DNA of 64,000 nt, taken from the IMG/VR virus record IMGVR_UViG_3300027741_000024, positions 82,311 to 146,310 of that record, one strand, 5' to 3'. Position 1 is the first letter of the stretch, and the number at the start of each line of letters is the position of its first letter. Of the stretch, positions 29,067-38,347 are shown piece after piece. Under the pieces are notes generated by a model. It saw only the letters and a program-made list of their open reading frames with translations. It did no database searches and was not told where the DNA came from. Position numbers and translations under genes: made by a program. Source of the stretch: a virus.

Positions 29067-29697
29067 AATAGCCCTATTTTTACACCATCCACGATGTTCT
29101 ATTCAGTCGGTGAATGGTATCATCAAATCGTTGGAGCATCATTATGTTTTCAAAACTTTCACTAAACACGAAATTGAAGATGGCTTCTTTGACGATGTGG
29201 ATATCGTTTGCTTTTCTGGTGGCATTGGTGACTCCGATGCTTACGATTTTCTGTTTAGAGAAAACGGAGATACTATTCGCAAATACATTCAACGAGGTGG
29301 TAGATATCTTGGCATCTGTATGGGTGCTTATTGGGCTGATCACCATTATTTTAATTTGTTGGACGAAGTTACTTGCGAACAGTATATTAGACAGCGTAAT
29401 ACATGTACAAAACGATACTACAGTAAAGCAGTTGAATGTAACTGGAACGGAAAATGGATTAGACCATTTTTCTATGATGGACCAGCATTTATTGGAAATG
29501 AAAATACTTTTGAAACAGTTGGAAGATACAAGAACGGCAATCCAGCAGCAATTATTCAAGGACGTATAGGATTAGTTGGACCACATTTAGAAAGTCAAGA
29601 TTTTTGGTATGATAAACCATATTTGGAAAGATATTGGCATTTCAATTCACATGGTAAGTTATTATTAAATTTTGTAGACAGATTGATGGAGAAATGA
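29035..29697 (+). CDS. BPL-N / class I glutamine amidotransferase-like protein (start may be GTG 29056)
   Basis: FSGG, GGRYLGICMGAY nucleophile elbow, GPHLE. Confidence 0.75.
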   Translation: MEMNALHVKGRIALFLHHPRCSIQSVNGIIKSLEHHYVFKTFTKHEIEDGFFDDVDIVCFSGGIGDSDAYDFLFRENGDTIRKYIQRGGRYLGICMGAYWADHHYFNLLDEVTCEQYIRQRNTCTKRYYSKAVECNWNGKWIRPFFYDGPAFIGNENTFETVGRYKNGNPAAIIQGRIGLVGPHLESQDFWYDKPYLERYWHFNSHGKLLLNFVDRLMEK

Positions 29698-29988
29698 TAT
29701 GATAGTATTAGAATTGTTGATAGGCGGATTCTTTTCCGCACTTGGTTGGTGGGGTGCAAATCATTATGTTGTAGATGTATACCTGGAACCTAAAACAAAA
29801 ATAGAAAAAACGGAGAAAGAAATAAATGAAAAATAAAGATTATACAGATATTGCAGTACAAAAAGAGGTGTTATTGGATTATTTGCAAGTGATGGTTGTG
29901 ATGGGAGATTGGCATGGTGTATCTGATGTCGCAAACGACCTTCGTGAACTAGAAGCAAAAAACAATAACAACTATAAGAGCAAATAGA

Positions 29989-30981
29989 ATGATTAAAAAA
30001 CAGCAAGTAAGATTGACCGATGAACGAACAGCATTCAAACCATTTGCCTATCCATGGGCATACAACGCATGGCTACAACATGAACAGTCACACTGGATTC
30101 ACACTGAAGTACCGATGCTTGAGGATGTTAAGGATTGGAAAAATAAACTTACGAAAGACGAAAAGAATTTTCTTACTCATGTATTCAGATTTTTTACTCA
30201 GGGTGACATTGATGTTGCAGGTGGTTATGTTAATAATTATCTACCTTATTTCCCGCAACCTGAAGTAAGAATGATGTTGCTTGGTTTTGCTGCACGTGAG
30301 GCATTACACATTGCAGCATACTCACACTTGATTGAAACACTAGGTATGCCAGAAACAACCTACTCTGAGTTTATGGAGTATAAAGAAATGAAGGATAAAC
30401 ATGATTATGTTCTTAATATTAGCTCACAGAATAGCAATCGGTCTGCTACTGCTGCTCACATTGCAGTATTCTCTGCTTTCACCGAAGGGATGCAACTATT
30501 CAGTTCCTTTATCATGTTACTTAACTTCCCTCGACATGGTAAGATGAAAGGTATGGGGCAAATCATCACGTGGTCAATCGTAGATGAAACACAACATGCT
30601 GAGTCGATGATAAAACTGTTCCGCACATACATCGAAGAGAATAAAGATATATGGAATGATGACCTCAAATCGAGAATCTATTCTATTGCAGAGAAGATGG
30701 TAGAACTAGAAGATAACTTTATTGATTTGGCATTTGCTACAGGTGGTATTGAAGGATTGTCTGCGGAAGATGTTAAGAAATATATTCGTTATATTGCAGA
30801 TCGTAGGTTGATCAGTCTTGGACTCAAAGGCATATTCAAGGTCAAAAAGAATCCTTTGCCTTGGGTAGAAGAAATGATTAATGCACCAACTCATACAAAC
30901 TTTTTTGAGAATAGGGCGACCGACTATTCAAAGGGTGCGTTGTCTGGTTCATGGGAAAATGTATGGAGTAAAGCAGCATAA
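29989..30981 (+). CDS. nrdB: ribonucleotide reductase class Ia beta subunit
   Basis: FFTQGDIDV, EALHIAAY, EGMQLFSSF, DETQH, NFFENRATDY. Confidence 0.96.
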   Translation: MIKKQQVRLTDERTAFKPFAYPWAYNAWLQHEQSHWIHTEVPMLEDVKDWKNKLTKDEKNFLTHVFRFFTQGDIDVAGGYVNNYLPYFPQPEVRMMLLGFAAREALHIAAYSHLIETLGMPETTYSEFMEYKEMKDKHDYVLNISSQNSNRSATAAHIAVFSAFTEGMQLFSSFIMLLNFPRHGKMKGMGQIITWSIVDETQHAESMIKLFRTYIEENKDIWNDDLKSRIYSIAEKMVELEDNFIDLAFATGGIEGLSAEDVKKYIRYIADRRLISLGLKGIFKVKKNPLPWVEEMINAPTHTNFFENRATDYSKGALSGSWENVWSKAA

Positions 30982-30982
30982 T

Positions 30983-31004
30983 TGTTACAATTCTGTTTCA
31001 ATTC
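30983..31004 (+). promoter_or_regulatory. Pho-box-like 11-bp direct repeat
   Basis: TGTTACAATTC TGTTTCAATTC upstream of the PlcP-like gene. Confidence 0.45.
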
Positions 31005-31086
31005 TTGTTTTTGATAGATATACTATCTAAACGAACAAATCGGTCACAATGATATGGTGACTCTGGAACCGTAACCAGAAAGAATA

Positions 31087-31917
31087 ATGGATAAAACCTA
31101 CCGCACTATTTTTATATCAGATGTCCACCTTGGAACGAAAGATTGCAAGGCAGGACATCTGAATAATTTCCTCAAGCACAATACATGTGAAACATTATAT
31201 CTTGTTGGCGATATAATTGATGCATGGAAAATCAAAGAAAACAAATGGCGTTGGAAGCAATCACATACAAATGTGGTGCGTAGAATCCTTGGTCACTCCA
31301 AACGTGGTACAAAAGTTGTTTATGTTCTGGGCAATCACGATGAATTTCTCAGACCTTATCTACATTATGGATTAGGTTTTGGTATGATAGAAATTACAAA
31401 TCAATGCGAGCACATTGGTGCAGATGGTAAACATTATCTTGTTACGCATGGCGATCTATTTGATGGCATCACAAGATTAGCACCATGGTTGTCCATACTA
31501 GGAGACAAAGCATATGATTTCGTCCTTTCTCTCAATTCTAAATTCAATTGGATACGACATCGTTTTGGCTTTGGTTATTGGAGTTTGTCTCTATATCTTA
31601 AACAAAAGGTCAAACGAGCCGTAGATTTTATGTTTCACTTTGAAAAGAATCTTGCTGGTTACTGTAAGAAAAAAGGATATGATGGTGTGATCTGTGGTCA
31701 CATACACAAAGCAGAAATAAAAGAAATAGATGGCGTAACGTATATGAATGATGGTGATTGGGTTGAATCATGTACAGCATTGGTTGAGCATCACGATGGC
31801 CGATGGGAAATAATCACATGGACAGAGGAGAACGATGATGTGGTTGATGATATTGATAGCAATCCACCTAAACGATTCAAACGACATTCCAGCAAGAATG
31901 ACAATGGAGTTTCCTGA
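31087..31917 (+). CDS. metallophosphoesterase, PlcP/LpxH-like (phospholipase C of lipid remodelling)
   Basis: YRTIFISDVHLGT..CKA, LYLVGDIIDAW, GNHDE, HGDLFD, CGHIH, NDGDWVESCTALVE. Confidence 0.85.
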   Translation: MDKTYRTIFISDVHLGTKDCKAGHLNNFLKHNTCETLYLVGDIIDAWKIKENKWRWKQSHTNVVRRILGHSKRGTKVVYVLGNHDEFLRPYLHYGLGFGMIEITNQCEHIGADGKHYLVTHGDLFDGITRLAPWLSILGDKAYDFVLSLNSKFNWIRHRFGFGYWSLSLYLKQKVKRAVDFMFHFEKNLAGYCKKKGYDGVICGHIHKAEIKEIDGVTYMNDGDWVESCTALVEHHDGRWEIITWTEENDDVVDDIDSNPPKRFKRHSSKNDNGVS

Positions 31918-32008
31918 TCAGAAATCTTGCGAACATGCAAAATCCACATTGTCATATTCAGTGAAGTTTAAGAGTTATAAAATAGAGGCAATTTGCAAAT
32001 CTAAATAG
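31835..32008 (+). CDS. small secreted protein overlapping the 3' end of the phosphoesterase (not in ORF track)
   Basis: GAGGAG SD; MMWLMILIAIHLNDSNDIPARMTMEFPDQKSCEHAK...EAICKSK. Confidence 0.55.
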   Translation: MMWLMILIAIHLNDSNDIPARMTMEFPDQKSCEHAKSTLSYSVKFKSYKIEAICKSK

Positions 32009-32028
32009 GCGTTTAAGGGAGAGATTCC

Positions 32029-32493
32029 ATGAAACGTCTATTGTTCTTTGTAATTGCAACACTCATGGCAGTGGCAGCACACGCAGAATCATATCGTTTA
32101 CCTTTTGTAGAATTACAAAACGGCGTAGTTAAAATTCCTTTTGTTGAAAATGAATGGGTTCTTGGAGCGAAAAGAGCCGATTGGTTGTTGTACCTAGAAA
32201 AAGGAATGTTCTCTAAACAAAATCAACCAATGTATGAATTTCATGCTGTTACATTATACAAAAAACCACATCATAATGATGCGATTGATACCGATATAAG
32301 CAAGATATATACATACGGAGTTTTGAACTGTCAGGAAGCAAATTTGTATATTTTGTTTGAATGGTATGTGGATGTAGATGAAAACATGGTATTCAAAGGT
32401 TCACATGAATATGGCGCATATACAGTTGAAATGCTGACGCCGACAACCGCAAGAAATGATGTTTATAACCAAATATGTAAGGATTCAGTATGA
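32029..32493 (+). CDS. secreted/periplasmic protein
   Basis: Signal peptide ending AHA; two Cys. Confidence 0.75.
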   Translation: MKRLLFFVIATLMAVAAHAESYRLPFVELQNGVVKIPFVENEWVLGAKRADWLLYLEKGMFSKQNQPMYEFHAVTLYKKPHHNDAIDTDISKIYTYGVLNCQEANLYILFEWYVDVDENMVFKGSHEYGAYTVEMLTPTTARNDVYNQICKDSV

Positions 32494-33308
32494 AAAAGAT
32501 TATCAGTTTAGTTTTATTATTCGTAGCGCAGCATGTATTAGCATGGGATCAAAAACCACCACTACCAATTGACCAGTGTGCAGTTCATGCACCATATGGT
32601 ATTCCAACAGTAAATAAACCAGATGCAACAGTAATTTGTCGGAGTGGTTATGTTACAATGCATGACAACGTAGCAAAAATCCCAGTGTGGTCATCCTATT
32701 CAATTGATGCAACAACTGGTCTTGGTTGTGTGGCACGAACAAATGCATTTGTTGCAGATAATTCATTGCCATTAGGTAAGAAGGCATCACCAACTGATTA
32801 TGCTGGTACTGGATACGATCAAGGACATTTGGTGCCTGATGGTGATCAATCATATAATCAGCAAGTAGAATGGGAATCTTTTCTCATGTCCAACATGTCA
32901 CCACAATTGCCTAATCTTAATCGTGGTGTATGGAAACAATTAGAATCAAATGTTCGTGCATGGGCAGTTCAACGCAATCATAAACTCATTGTAATACCAG
33001 GAGACATTTATGATACTGCTTCAGCTAAAAAGATTGGTAAGAATAATGTAGTTGTACCTTCGGCTCTATTTAAAATTGTGATTGACACGCAAACAAATGA
33101 AGCACTAGCATTCATCTATGAGCATAAAGAATCACAACCGACTGATATTACATTAGGTCAAGTATCTATTGCAGAAGTAGAGAAGCGCACAGGTATTACA
33201 TTTCCTATGCCTAAAGGTATAGATAAGAATGCTAAACCAAAAATCTGGACTGCCGACTTAGGTGCATTAGGCAAATCCAAGAAAGCAAAGTGTGGCAAAG
33301 ATGATTAG
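32490..33308 (+). CDS. secreted DNA/RNA non-specific endonuclease (NucA/EndoG family)
   Basis: Signal peptide; YDQGHLVP, SNMSPQ..LNRGVWKQLE, VPSALFKIV. Confidence 0.9.
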   Translation: MKKIISLVLLFVAQHVLAWDQKPPLPIDQCAVHAPYGIPTVNKPDATVICRSGYVTMHDNVAKIPVWSSYSIDATTGLGCVARTNAFVADNSLPLGKKASPTDYAGTGYDQGHLVPDGDQSYNQQVEWESFLMSNMSPQLPNLNRGVWKQLESNVRAWAVQRNHKLIVIPGDIYDTASAKKIGKNNVVVPSALFKIVIDTQTNEALAFIYEHKESQPTDITLGQVSIAEVEKRTGITFPMPKGIDKNAKPKIWTADLGALGKSKKAKCGKDD

Positions 33309-33468
33309 ACTTCAGCACGAATGTTCCGCATGTGGTACAGATTTTACGATTCAATATGATGAGATGAATACTGAATCGGATCCAGCACATTGTCCATTTT
33401 GTGGTGAATTCTTAGTATTAGATCCAGATGATTTTGGTGATATTGAAGATGATGAGGATGATGAATAA
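33301..33468 (+). CDS. small zinc-ribbon protein with acidic tail (not in ORF track)
   Basis: CSACG...HCPFCGE...DDEDDE. Confidence 0.75.
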   Translation: MIRLQHECSACGTDFTIQYDEMNTESDPAHCPFCGEFLVLDPDDFGDIEDDEDDE

Positions 33469-33470
33469 TT

Positions 33471-33887
33471 ATGAAATGGTTATTATGTGACAGTGAATAT
33501 ATTGATGATGGGTTGAATTTTGGTTTTGTGTACATGATAGAAAACACCATCACAGGACGAAAATATATTGGAAGAAAGTATTTTACCGCAGCTGCGTATA
33601 AACAAGTTAATGGTAAAAGAAAAAAGATCCGAAAACCTTCTGACTGGCAAACATATTATGGTTCTAATGAAACACTCAAAGAGGATGTCTCAATCTTAGG
33701 TGAGGATAAGTTCGTAAGGACTATCCTTCACCTCTGTAAGACTAAATCGGAAGCATCATATCTTGAAACAAAAGAGATATTTGCCAGAGATGCTCTATTA
33801 TCTCCACAATATTATAATGATTGGTGCCAATGCAAGATACGCCGTGCCCATTTGACCAATCTCCAAATATCAGATATCACTAAATAA
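33471..33887 (+). CDS. GIY-YIG endonuclease (T4 EndoII/DenA-like)
   Basis: GFVYMIEN..GRKYIGRK, WQTYYGS, E...I, YYN. Confidence 0.85.
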   Translation: MKWLLCDSEYIDDGLNFGFVYMIENTITGRKYIGRKYFTAAAYKQVNGKRKKIRKPSDWQTYYGSNETLKEDVSILGEDKFVRTILHLCKTKSEASYLETKEIFARDALLSPQYYNDWCQCKIRRAHLTNLQISDITK

Positions 33888-33890
33888 AAT

Positions 33891-33905
33891 ACTGCAACGC
33901 AACAT
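33891..33905 (+). promoter_or_regulatory. PhaR-box-like TGC-N3-GCA element
   Basis: ACTGCAACGCAACAT between TAAATA and TATAAT upstream of ORF 33941. Confidence 0.35.
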
Positions 33906-33940
33906 TTCTCTACTATATAATATCATAGGAGGGTTGCACA

Positions 33941-34087
33941 ATGTTAAACAAACTGATACAATGGTTCATAAGACCACAAATAACCGAAATAGAACAATAT
34001 ATTTCGGCACACAATCCAAAGAATACAGCGGACGTGGAAATGTTAATTAATGAATTCAACTACAAAAGGAAACTACAATGTTTTTAA
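33941..34087 (+). CDS. small protein, DUF3563-like (not in ORF track)
   Basis: AGGAGG SD; MLNKLIQWFIRPQITEIEQYISAHNPKNTADVEMLINEFNYKRKLQCF. Confidence 0.6.
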   Translation: MLNKLIQWFIRPQITEIEQYISAHNPKNTADVEMLINEFNYKRKLQCF

Positions 34088-34332
34088 ATCAACCACAATT
34101 TCCAGTGTTTTATACTTTTAATGATCTTAACCGCAAGGCAGAGGAAGCAGCCGTGAAAACTATTGACTTTAACAAGCAATTCATAGATAATACTCTAGCG
34201 TATTTTGATTCTATCACAGATAATCAGTTTACTACATACACAAAGAAGATGGTAACTTTTAATCAGAATACGGCAGAAGATGCAAAGAAAATCCTCAAAA
34301 GTGAGTCAACCAAAACTAAGGCTGGAAATTGA
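34078..34332 (+). CDS. amphipathic helical protein, phasin-like candidate
   Basis: 84 aa with helical amphipathic pattern; AGGA SD; function inferred from context. Confidence 0.45.
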   Translation: MFLNQPQFPVFYTFNDLNRKAEEAAVKTIDFNKQFIDNTLAYFDSITDNQFTTYTKKMVTFNQNTAEDAKKILKSESTKTKAGN

Positions 34333-34540
34333 ATCTAAGACTAAATTTTGGTACCCAGTGAGTCGCAATGGGTGGTGGATTAAGTTCTCCACCTATCGTG
34401 ACCACTACATTTTATTAATGATAGTTTCCAAATATACCGCACAAACAATTATTAGATATTATGAGAATGAAGATGAGGCTGTAACATTTATCAACTTTAT
34501 TACCACATGTAACGCACAAGACGTACTTGAATCAATCTAG
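34280..34540 (+). CDS. hypothetical protein
   Basis: 86-aa ORF; start uncertain. Confidence 0.55.
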   Translation: MQRKSSKVSQPKLRLEIESKTKFWYPVSRNGWWIKFSTYRDHYILLMIVSKYTAQTIIRYYENEDEAVTFINFITTCNAQDVLESI

Positions 34541-34610
34541 GAGTTATTATGAATTTTGTGGACAAACTGGTCAACACCCAGCGAATATTTTGAATGATAG
34601 CTTCTAATAT

Positions 34611-34925
34611 ATGCCTGTTCAAAAAACTTGCCCAACATGTAACATAACTCACACTAAACGTGGACCGTATTGTTCACGTTCATGTGGTAACATTAGGGTA
34701 CACAGTGAAGAAGATAAGGCCATACGTTCACAAAAACTCACCGAGTATCATCAAACACCAGAAGGTGCAGCAACACGTGAGAAATCATCCCGTATTATGA
34801 CGGCCAAAAGAAAAGGTGAAGATTGGGAAGAAATCAGTTCGGATGAATTTGCGGTAAATATTCCAGATGTTACCGATTATGTGGCAGACTATGATAATAC
34901 ATGGGAACGTGCCGAAAAATGGTGA
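34611..34925 (+). CDS. Zn-finger/NUMOD-like hypothetical protein
   Basis: CPTC...YCSRSC; HSEEDKAIRS. Confidence 0.65.
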   Translation: MPVQKTCPTCNITHTKRGPYCSRSCGNIRVHSEEDKAIRSQKLTEYHQTPEGAATREKSSRIMTAKRKGEDWEEISSDEFAVNIPDVTDYVADYDNTWERAEKW

Positions 34926-34926
34926 C

Positions 34927-34955
34927 TTGACAATCCAAATATTGTATCATATAAT
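34927..34955 (+). promoter_or_regulatory. sigma70 consensus promoter
   Basis: TTGACA-17-TATAAT. Confidence 0.75.
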
Positions 34956-34958
34956 AAA

Positions 34959-35165
34959 ATGACAGACGATTCAGAAGATGAACTTAGCATTCTTGAAAAG
35001 ATTGATGCTGCAATAGAGTTCTTTACCCATGTAAAACAATTCAAAACATTGTGTTACATACTTAAAGAAATAAGGCAAGAACTTTTAGAGTCGTATGGTG
35101 AAACTGAATACTATGAAGAGCTCTGCGAAGGGTATGAAAAAATGATTCAAGATTTAATAAAGTAA
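34959..35165 (+). CDS. hypothetical protein
   Basis: 68-aa ORF downstream of the promoter. Confidence 0.5.
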   Translation: MTDDSEDELSILEKIDAAIEFFTHVKQFKTLCYILKEIRQELLESYGETEYYEELCEGYEKMIQDLIK

Positions 35166-35169
35166 TCTT

Positions 35170-36084
35170 ATGAACATAAAAGAAAAACTGCTGGACATAC
35201 AATACGCCATAGAAAATTGGTACAATGCAAGACAAATGACCGTTGTTGAGATGCTGGTCTTTGTTTTTTTATTAGGTTTATTACTTGTTGGTTCAGTAGA
35301 AGCCAAAACAATAAAACATAAACATAATATTCCAACTAATACTATGTCTATCATTCATGTGGATTTAAAACAAGATATTATTATCAAAGGCCAGAATATT
35401 GATCAGGTTCGTGCATTGGCAAGCATCACCAAACTAATGACGGCAATTGTGGCACTGGATTATACCACAGATATGGACAAAGTATTGACACTGAGCAACA
35501 AAGCAGGTTCTAAATTACCTCATCGTGAATATACCCGTGATGAATTATTTCACGCTATGTTGATCAAATCGGATAACGCAGCAACAGAAACAATAGCAGC
35601 AGATTATCCAGGTGGTCGTGAGAAGTTCATAACTGATATGAACATTCGTGCTATGATGATGGGATTAAAGAATACGCATTTTAATGATCCTACGGGTCTG
35701 AGTAACGGTAATGTAAGCACAGCAGAGGATGTATCGCATCTAGTGGCAGGTGCAGCATTCTATCCAATGATTAGAAATATATCTACAAAAAAAGAATCCA
35801 CTATTCTATTTCAAGTCAAACACAAAAATAGGTCAGTTGTAATCAATAATACAAACAAAGTCCTATTGCATGAGTTTGATTCTATACGGTTAAGTAAAAC
35901 AGGTTTCACTAATCCAGCAGGATTTTGTGTTGCCATACTAGTAGAACATTCAGTAAAGAATGAAATGCATCATCGGGTAATAGTGATCATGGGTGCTAAG
36001 AATACCACTCAAAGAGTTGACATAGTAAAACGAATGATGTATCATGTAACGTATGGAGGCACAGAGTATGACGAAAGAGTTTGA
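35170..36084 (+). CDS. D-alanyl-D-alanine carboxy/endopeptidase (peptidase S11, PBP7-like)
   Basis: SxxK (ASITK), SxN (SDN), KTG motifs; N-terminal TM/signal. Confidence 0.9.
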   Translation: MNIKEKLLDIQYAIENWYNARQMTVVEMLVFVFLLGLLLVGSVEAKTIKHKHNIPTNTMSIIHVDLKQDIIIKGQNIDQVRALASITKLMTAIVALDYTTDMDKVLTLSNKAGSKLPHREYTRDELFHAMLIKSDNAATETIAADYPGGREKFITDMNIRAMMMGLKNTHFNDPTGLSNGNVSTAEDVSHLVAGAAFYPMIRNISTKKESTILFQVKHKNRSVVINNTNKVLLHEFDSIRLSKTGFTNPAGFCVAILVEHSVKNEMHHRVIVIMGAKNTTQRVDIVKRMMYHVTYGGTEYDERV

Positions 36085-36280
36085 TAAGATTATGGATCGC
36101 ATCAAGAATCTTACTGAGTATGAGGTAATGGTGCCATTTCCTAAAGAGTTTGAGTTTGGTGGTCCTGTACCGTATGATATGAGTATATCTGGTGATAAAG
36201 CATTTGTAAAAGTTATTGCAGAATCAATAGAAGAGGCAACGTTTAAAGCAAATGAATATTTTGAAAGCAAATACAAATAA
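36068..36280 (+). CDS. hypothetical protein
   Basis: GGAGG SD; ORF MTKEFDKI... Confidence 0.65.
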   Translation: MTKEFDKIMDRIKNLTEYEVMVPFPKEFEFGGPVPYDMSISGDKAFVKVIAESIEEATFKANEYFESKYK

Positions 36281-36396
36281 ACCTTGGATGTCCAATGAGT
36301 ATGAAACACCCATTCCTGAGAACGAGGAAATGTGGTCGCAACGGATAATTGATGAAGTTATAGAAGATTTGTTTAATGAAATGGATGAGGAAAATA

Positions 36397-37152
36397 ATGG
36401 CAACAAAAAAGAAAAAGATTGACAAATTAATTGAAGTACCAAAAAATAGTACCATCACAGTGTATCCGGAACCAATTATTAATCAGGTATTTCCTACGCC
36501 AGTATCTTTCAGCAAATTACATCGTAAATTTACTGATGATGAAATTGCTTTCATTCAAAAATGTTCACAGAATGTAACAAAAAATACTGGCAATACTACT
36601 AGCGTAGATCGATACGTGCTGGAAGATCCTGTAATGTCGGGAATAAAATCATTCATTCAATTCTATGTGAATCATTATATGACCAACATAGAATCGCCAT
36701 ATAATCCTGTTGAAGCATATATTACACAATCATGGTTGAACTATACAAAACCAGGTGAGTTTCATCATAAGCATGAGCATCCGAATAGTTATATTTCAGG
36801 TGTATTGTATATCAATGCTGATCCAGAGAAAGATAAAATCTATTTCTACAAGAGTGGATACAAACGCATTTCATTACCCACAAATAATTTTAATCCATTC
36901 AATTCTGACTCATGGTGGTTCTCTGTTGGTACATGTGATATGGTACTATTTCCTTCATATCTAACCCATATGGTAGAACAAACAGAAAGTGCCGACACCA
37001 GAATCAGTCTATCATTCAATACATTCCTCAAAGGTTATATTGGTGAAGAGAATAGTTTAACATCATTACATACCGGTCAACCTGTTGATACTTCACAATG
37101 GCGTAAGACCGAAGTTGATAAACCAAGAGATGGATTAGGTGGTTCAATCTAA
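36397..37152 (+). CDS. 2OG-Fe(II) oxygenase (TIGR02466-like)
   Basis: FPTPV, QSWLN, HHKHEHPNSYISGVLY, LFPSYLTHMV, RISLSFN. Confidence 0.88.
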   Translation: MATKKKKIDKLIEVPKNSTITVYPEPIINQVFPTPVSFSKLHRKFTDDEIAFIQKCSQNVTKNTGNTTSVDRYVLEDPVMSGIKSFIQFYVNHYMTNIESPYNPVEAYITQSWLNYTKPGEFHHKHEHPNSYISGVLYINADPEKDKIYFYKSGYKRISLPTNNFNPFNSDSWWFSVGTCDMVLFPSYLTHMVEQTESADTRISLSFNTFLKGYIGEENSLTSLHTGQPVDTSQWRKTEVDKPRDGLGGSI

Positions 37153-37227
37153 CTGGCGTTAGTATAATGGATAATACAGAGGATTTCTACTCCTTTAATG
37201 TGGGTTCGATTCCTACACGCCGGACCA
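37153..37227 (+). tRNA. tRNA-Arg(UCU)
   Basis: Acceptor CTGGCGT/ACGCCGG, anticodon loop TTTCTAC, TTCGATT T-loop, encoded CCA. Confidence 0.9.
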
Positions 37228-37246
37228 AATATATTATAGGGTTATA

Positions 37247-37648
37247 ATGGCTAAAAATTCAATATTCTCAGTACCATCAAATTCAACAGGAATTTATAGT
37301 ATACCAGTTGGTGTTGGTGGCGGTGGTGGTACCAGTATGGGTGATTTAAATAGAATACCACCATATATGATTCAAGATGTTGTTGACCATCAAATTACAG
37401 GTCAAACATTATATGTTGAGCACACATATACAGGAGATGTTGGTGATGGTCGTTATACAGAGGATAACATAAAACAATTATTGATGGATAAATTGGTAGT
37501 TGAAATGTACAAAGCAAATCACATAGAGTTCACACGTATGGAAAGGCATGAAACAAATGAGATGGTATTTCGTGCTAGAATTCATGTGGTGCCAGATACC
37601 CAAGTCCGTATTATTAGGGAGATAAAAGATGCAAGAAAAACAACGTAA
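37247..37648 (+). CDS. hypothetical protein
   Basis: 133-aa ORF. Confidence 0.65.
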   Translation: MAKNSIFSVPSNSTGIYSIPVGVGGGGGTSMGDLNRIPPYMIQDVVDHQITGQTLYVEHTYTGDVGDGRYTEDNIKQLLMDKLVVEMYKANHIEFTRMERHETNEMVFRARIHVVPDTQVRIIREIKDARKTT

Positions 37649-37686
37649 ATCACTATGGAGGAAGCGAAAGTTTCCAAATAGATAAC

Positions 37687-37715
37687 AAAAAACGACACTC
37701 CGGTGTCGTTTTTTT
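37687..37715 (+). terminator. intrinsic terminator (potentially bidirectional)
   Basis: AAAAAACGACAC-TCCG-GTGTCGTTTTTTT. Confidence 0.75.
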
Positions 37716-37734
37716 ACAACAATGCCACTATTTC

Positions 37735-37763
37735 TTGACAATCTTGCCGATATCTGTCATAAT
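37735..37763 (+). promoter_or_regulatory. sigma70-type early promoter
   Basis: TTGACA-17-CATAAT. Confidence 0.75.
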
Positions 37764-37799
37764 AAGAACATAGAAGATTAGATAGAAAGTGAGTTTGAT

Positions 37800-38069
37800 A
37801 TGAGAATAAAAACAGATTTTGATTTGACCGAATTGTGCGGTTGGATCGGTATGGTGTTGATACATGCAGCAACCTTACCAACAAGTATTGGTGTGATTCT
37901 AGGTTATAATGATAGACTTCCACCTGTTAGTATGGTGTTGATGGTCTGGGCAGGTTTGTTTCTGTTTTTGATTCGTGCATTAGGTAGGAATGACAGACTG
38001 TATATTATAAGTAATGCAGTTGGATTTTTCTTCAATAGTGTATTGTTAGCATTGATAGTTTTTAGATAG
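37800..38069 (+). CDS. three-TM membrane protein, PQ-loop/SemiSWEET-like
   Basis: GWIGMVLIHAATLP / MVLMVWAGLFLFLI / IISNAVGFFFNSVLL helix pattern. Confidence 0.55.
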   Translation: MRIKTDFDLTELCGWIGMVLIHAATLPTSIGVILGYNDRLPPVSMVLMVWAGLFLFLIRALGRNDRLYIISNAVGFFFNSVLLALIVFR

Positions 38070-38077
38070 GAGATTAT

Positions 38078-38347
38078 ATGAGTAAAGAAATGTTTGGTAT
38101 GTCCGAGAGTGACATCCGTGAGCAGTATATGGAAAGCATTACCGCAAGATTTAGTGGGTTAGAGATGGTGGTTGCAGGTATCCTGAGTGATTGTCAGGAA
38201 ATGATATCAATGAAGAATCCTACAATCCCTGCTCCTAACACCGATGAGTTTATTCGCAAGCAGTTAAATGTAGCTAAGTTTATCTTGTTTGAGATGATGG
38301 ATGCTAAGCGTGCTAATGAGTCGAAGTACATTGGGGAGGCAGCGTAA
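38078..38347 (+). CDS. hypothetical early protein
   Basis: AGGAG SD; IRKQLNVAKFIL. Confidence 0.7.
   Translation: MSKEMFGMSESDIREQYMESITARFSGLEMVVAGILSDCQEMISMKNPTIPAPNTDEFIRKQLNVAKFILFEMMDAKRANESKYIGEAA

Noticed and set aside
27258-30981. Intron or intein in nrdA/nrdB (also checked uvsX, gp41, gp61, thyX)
   Set aside because: The frames are continuous and of normal length, with no intein terminal motifs.
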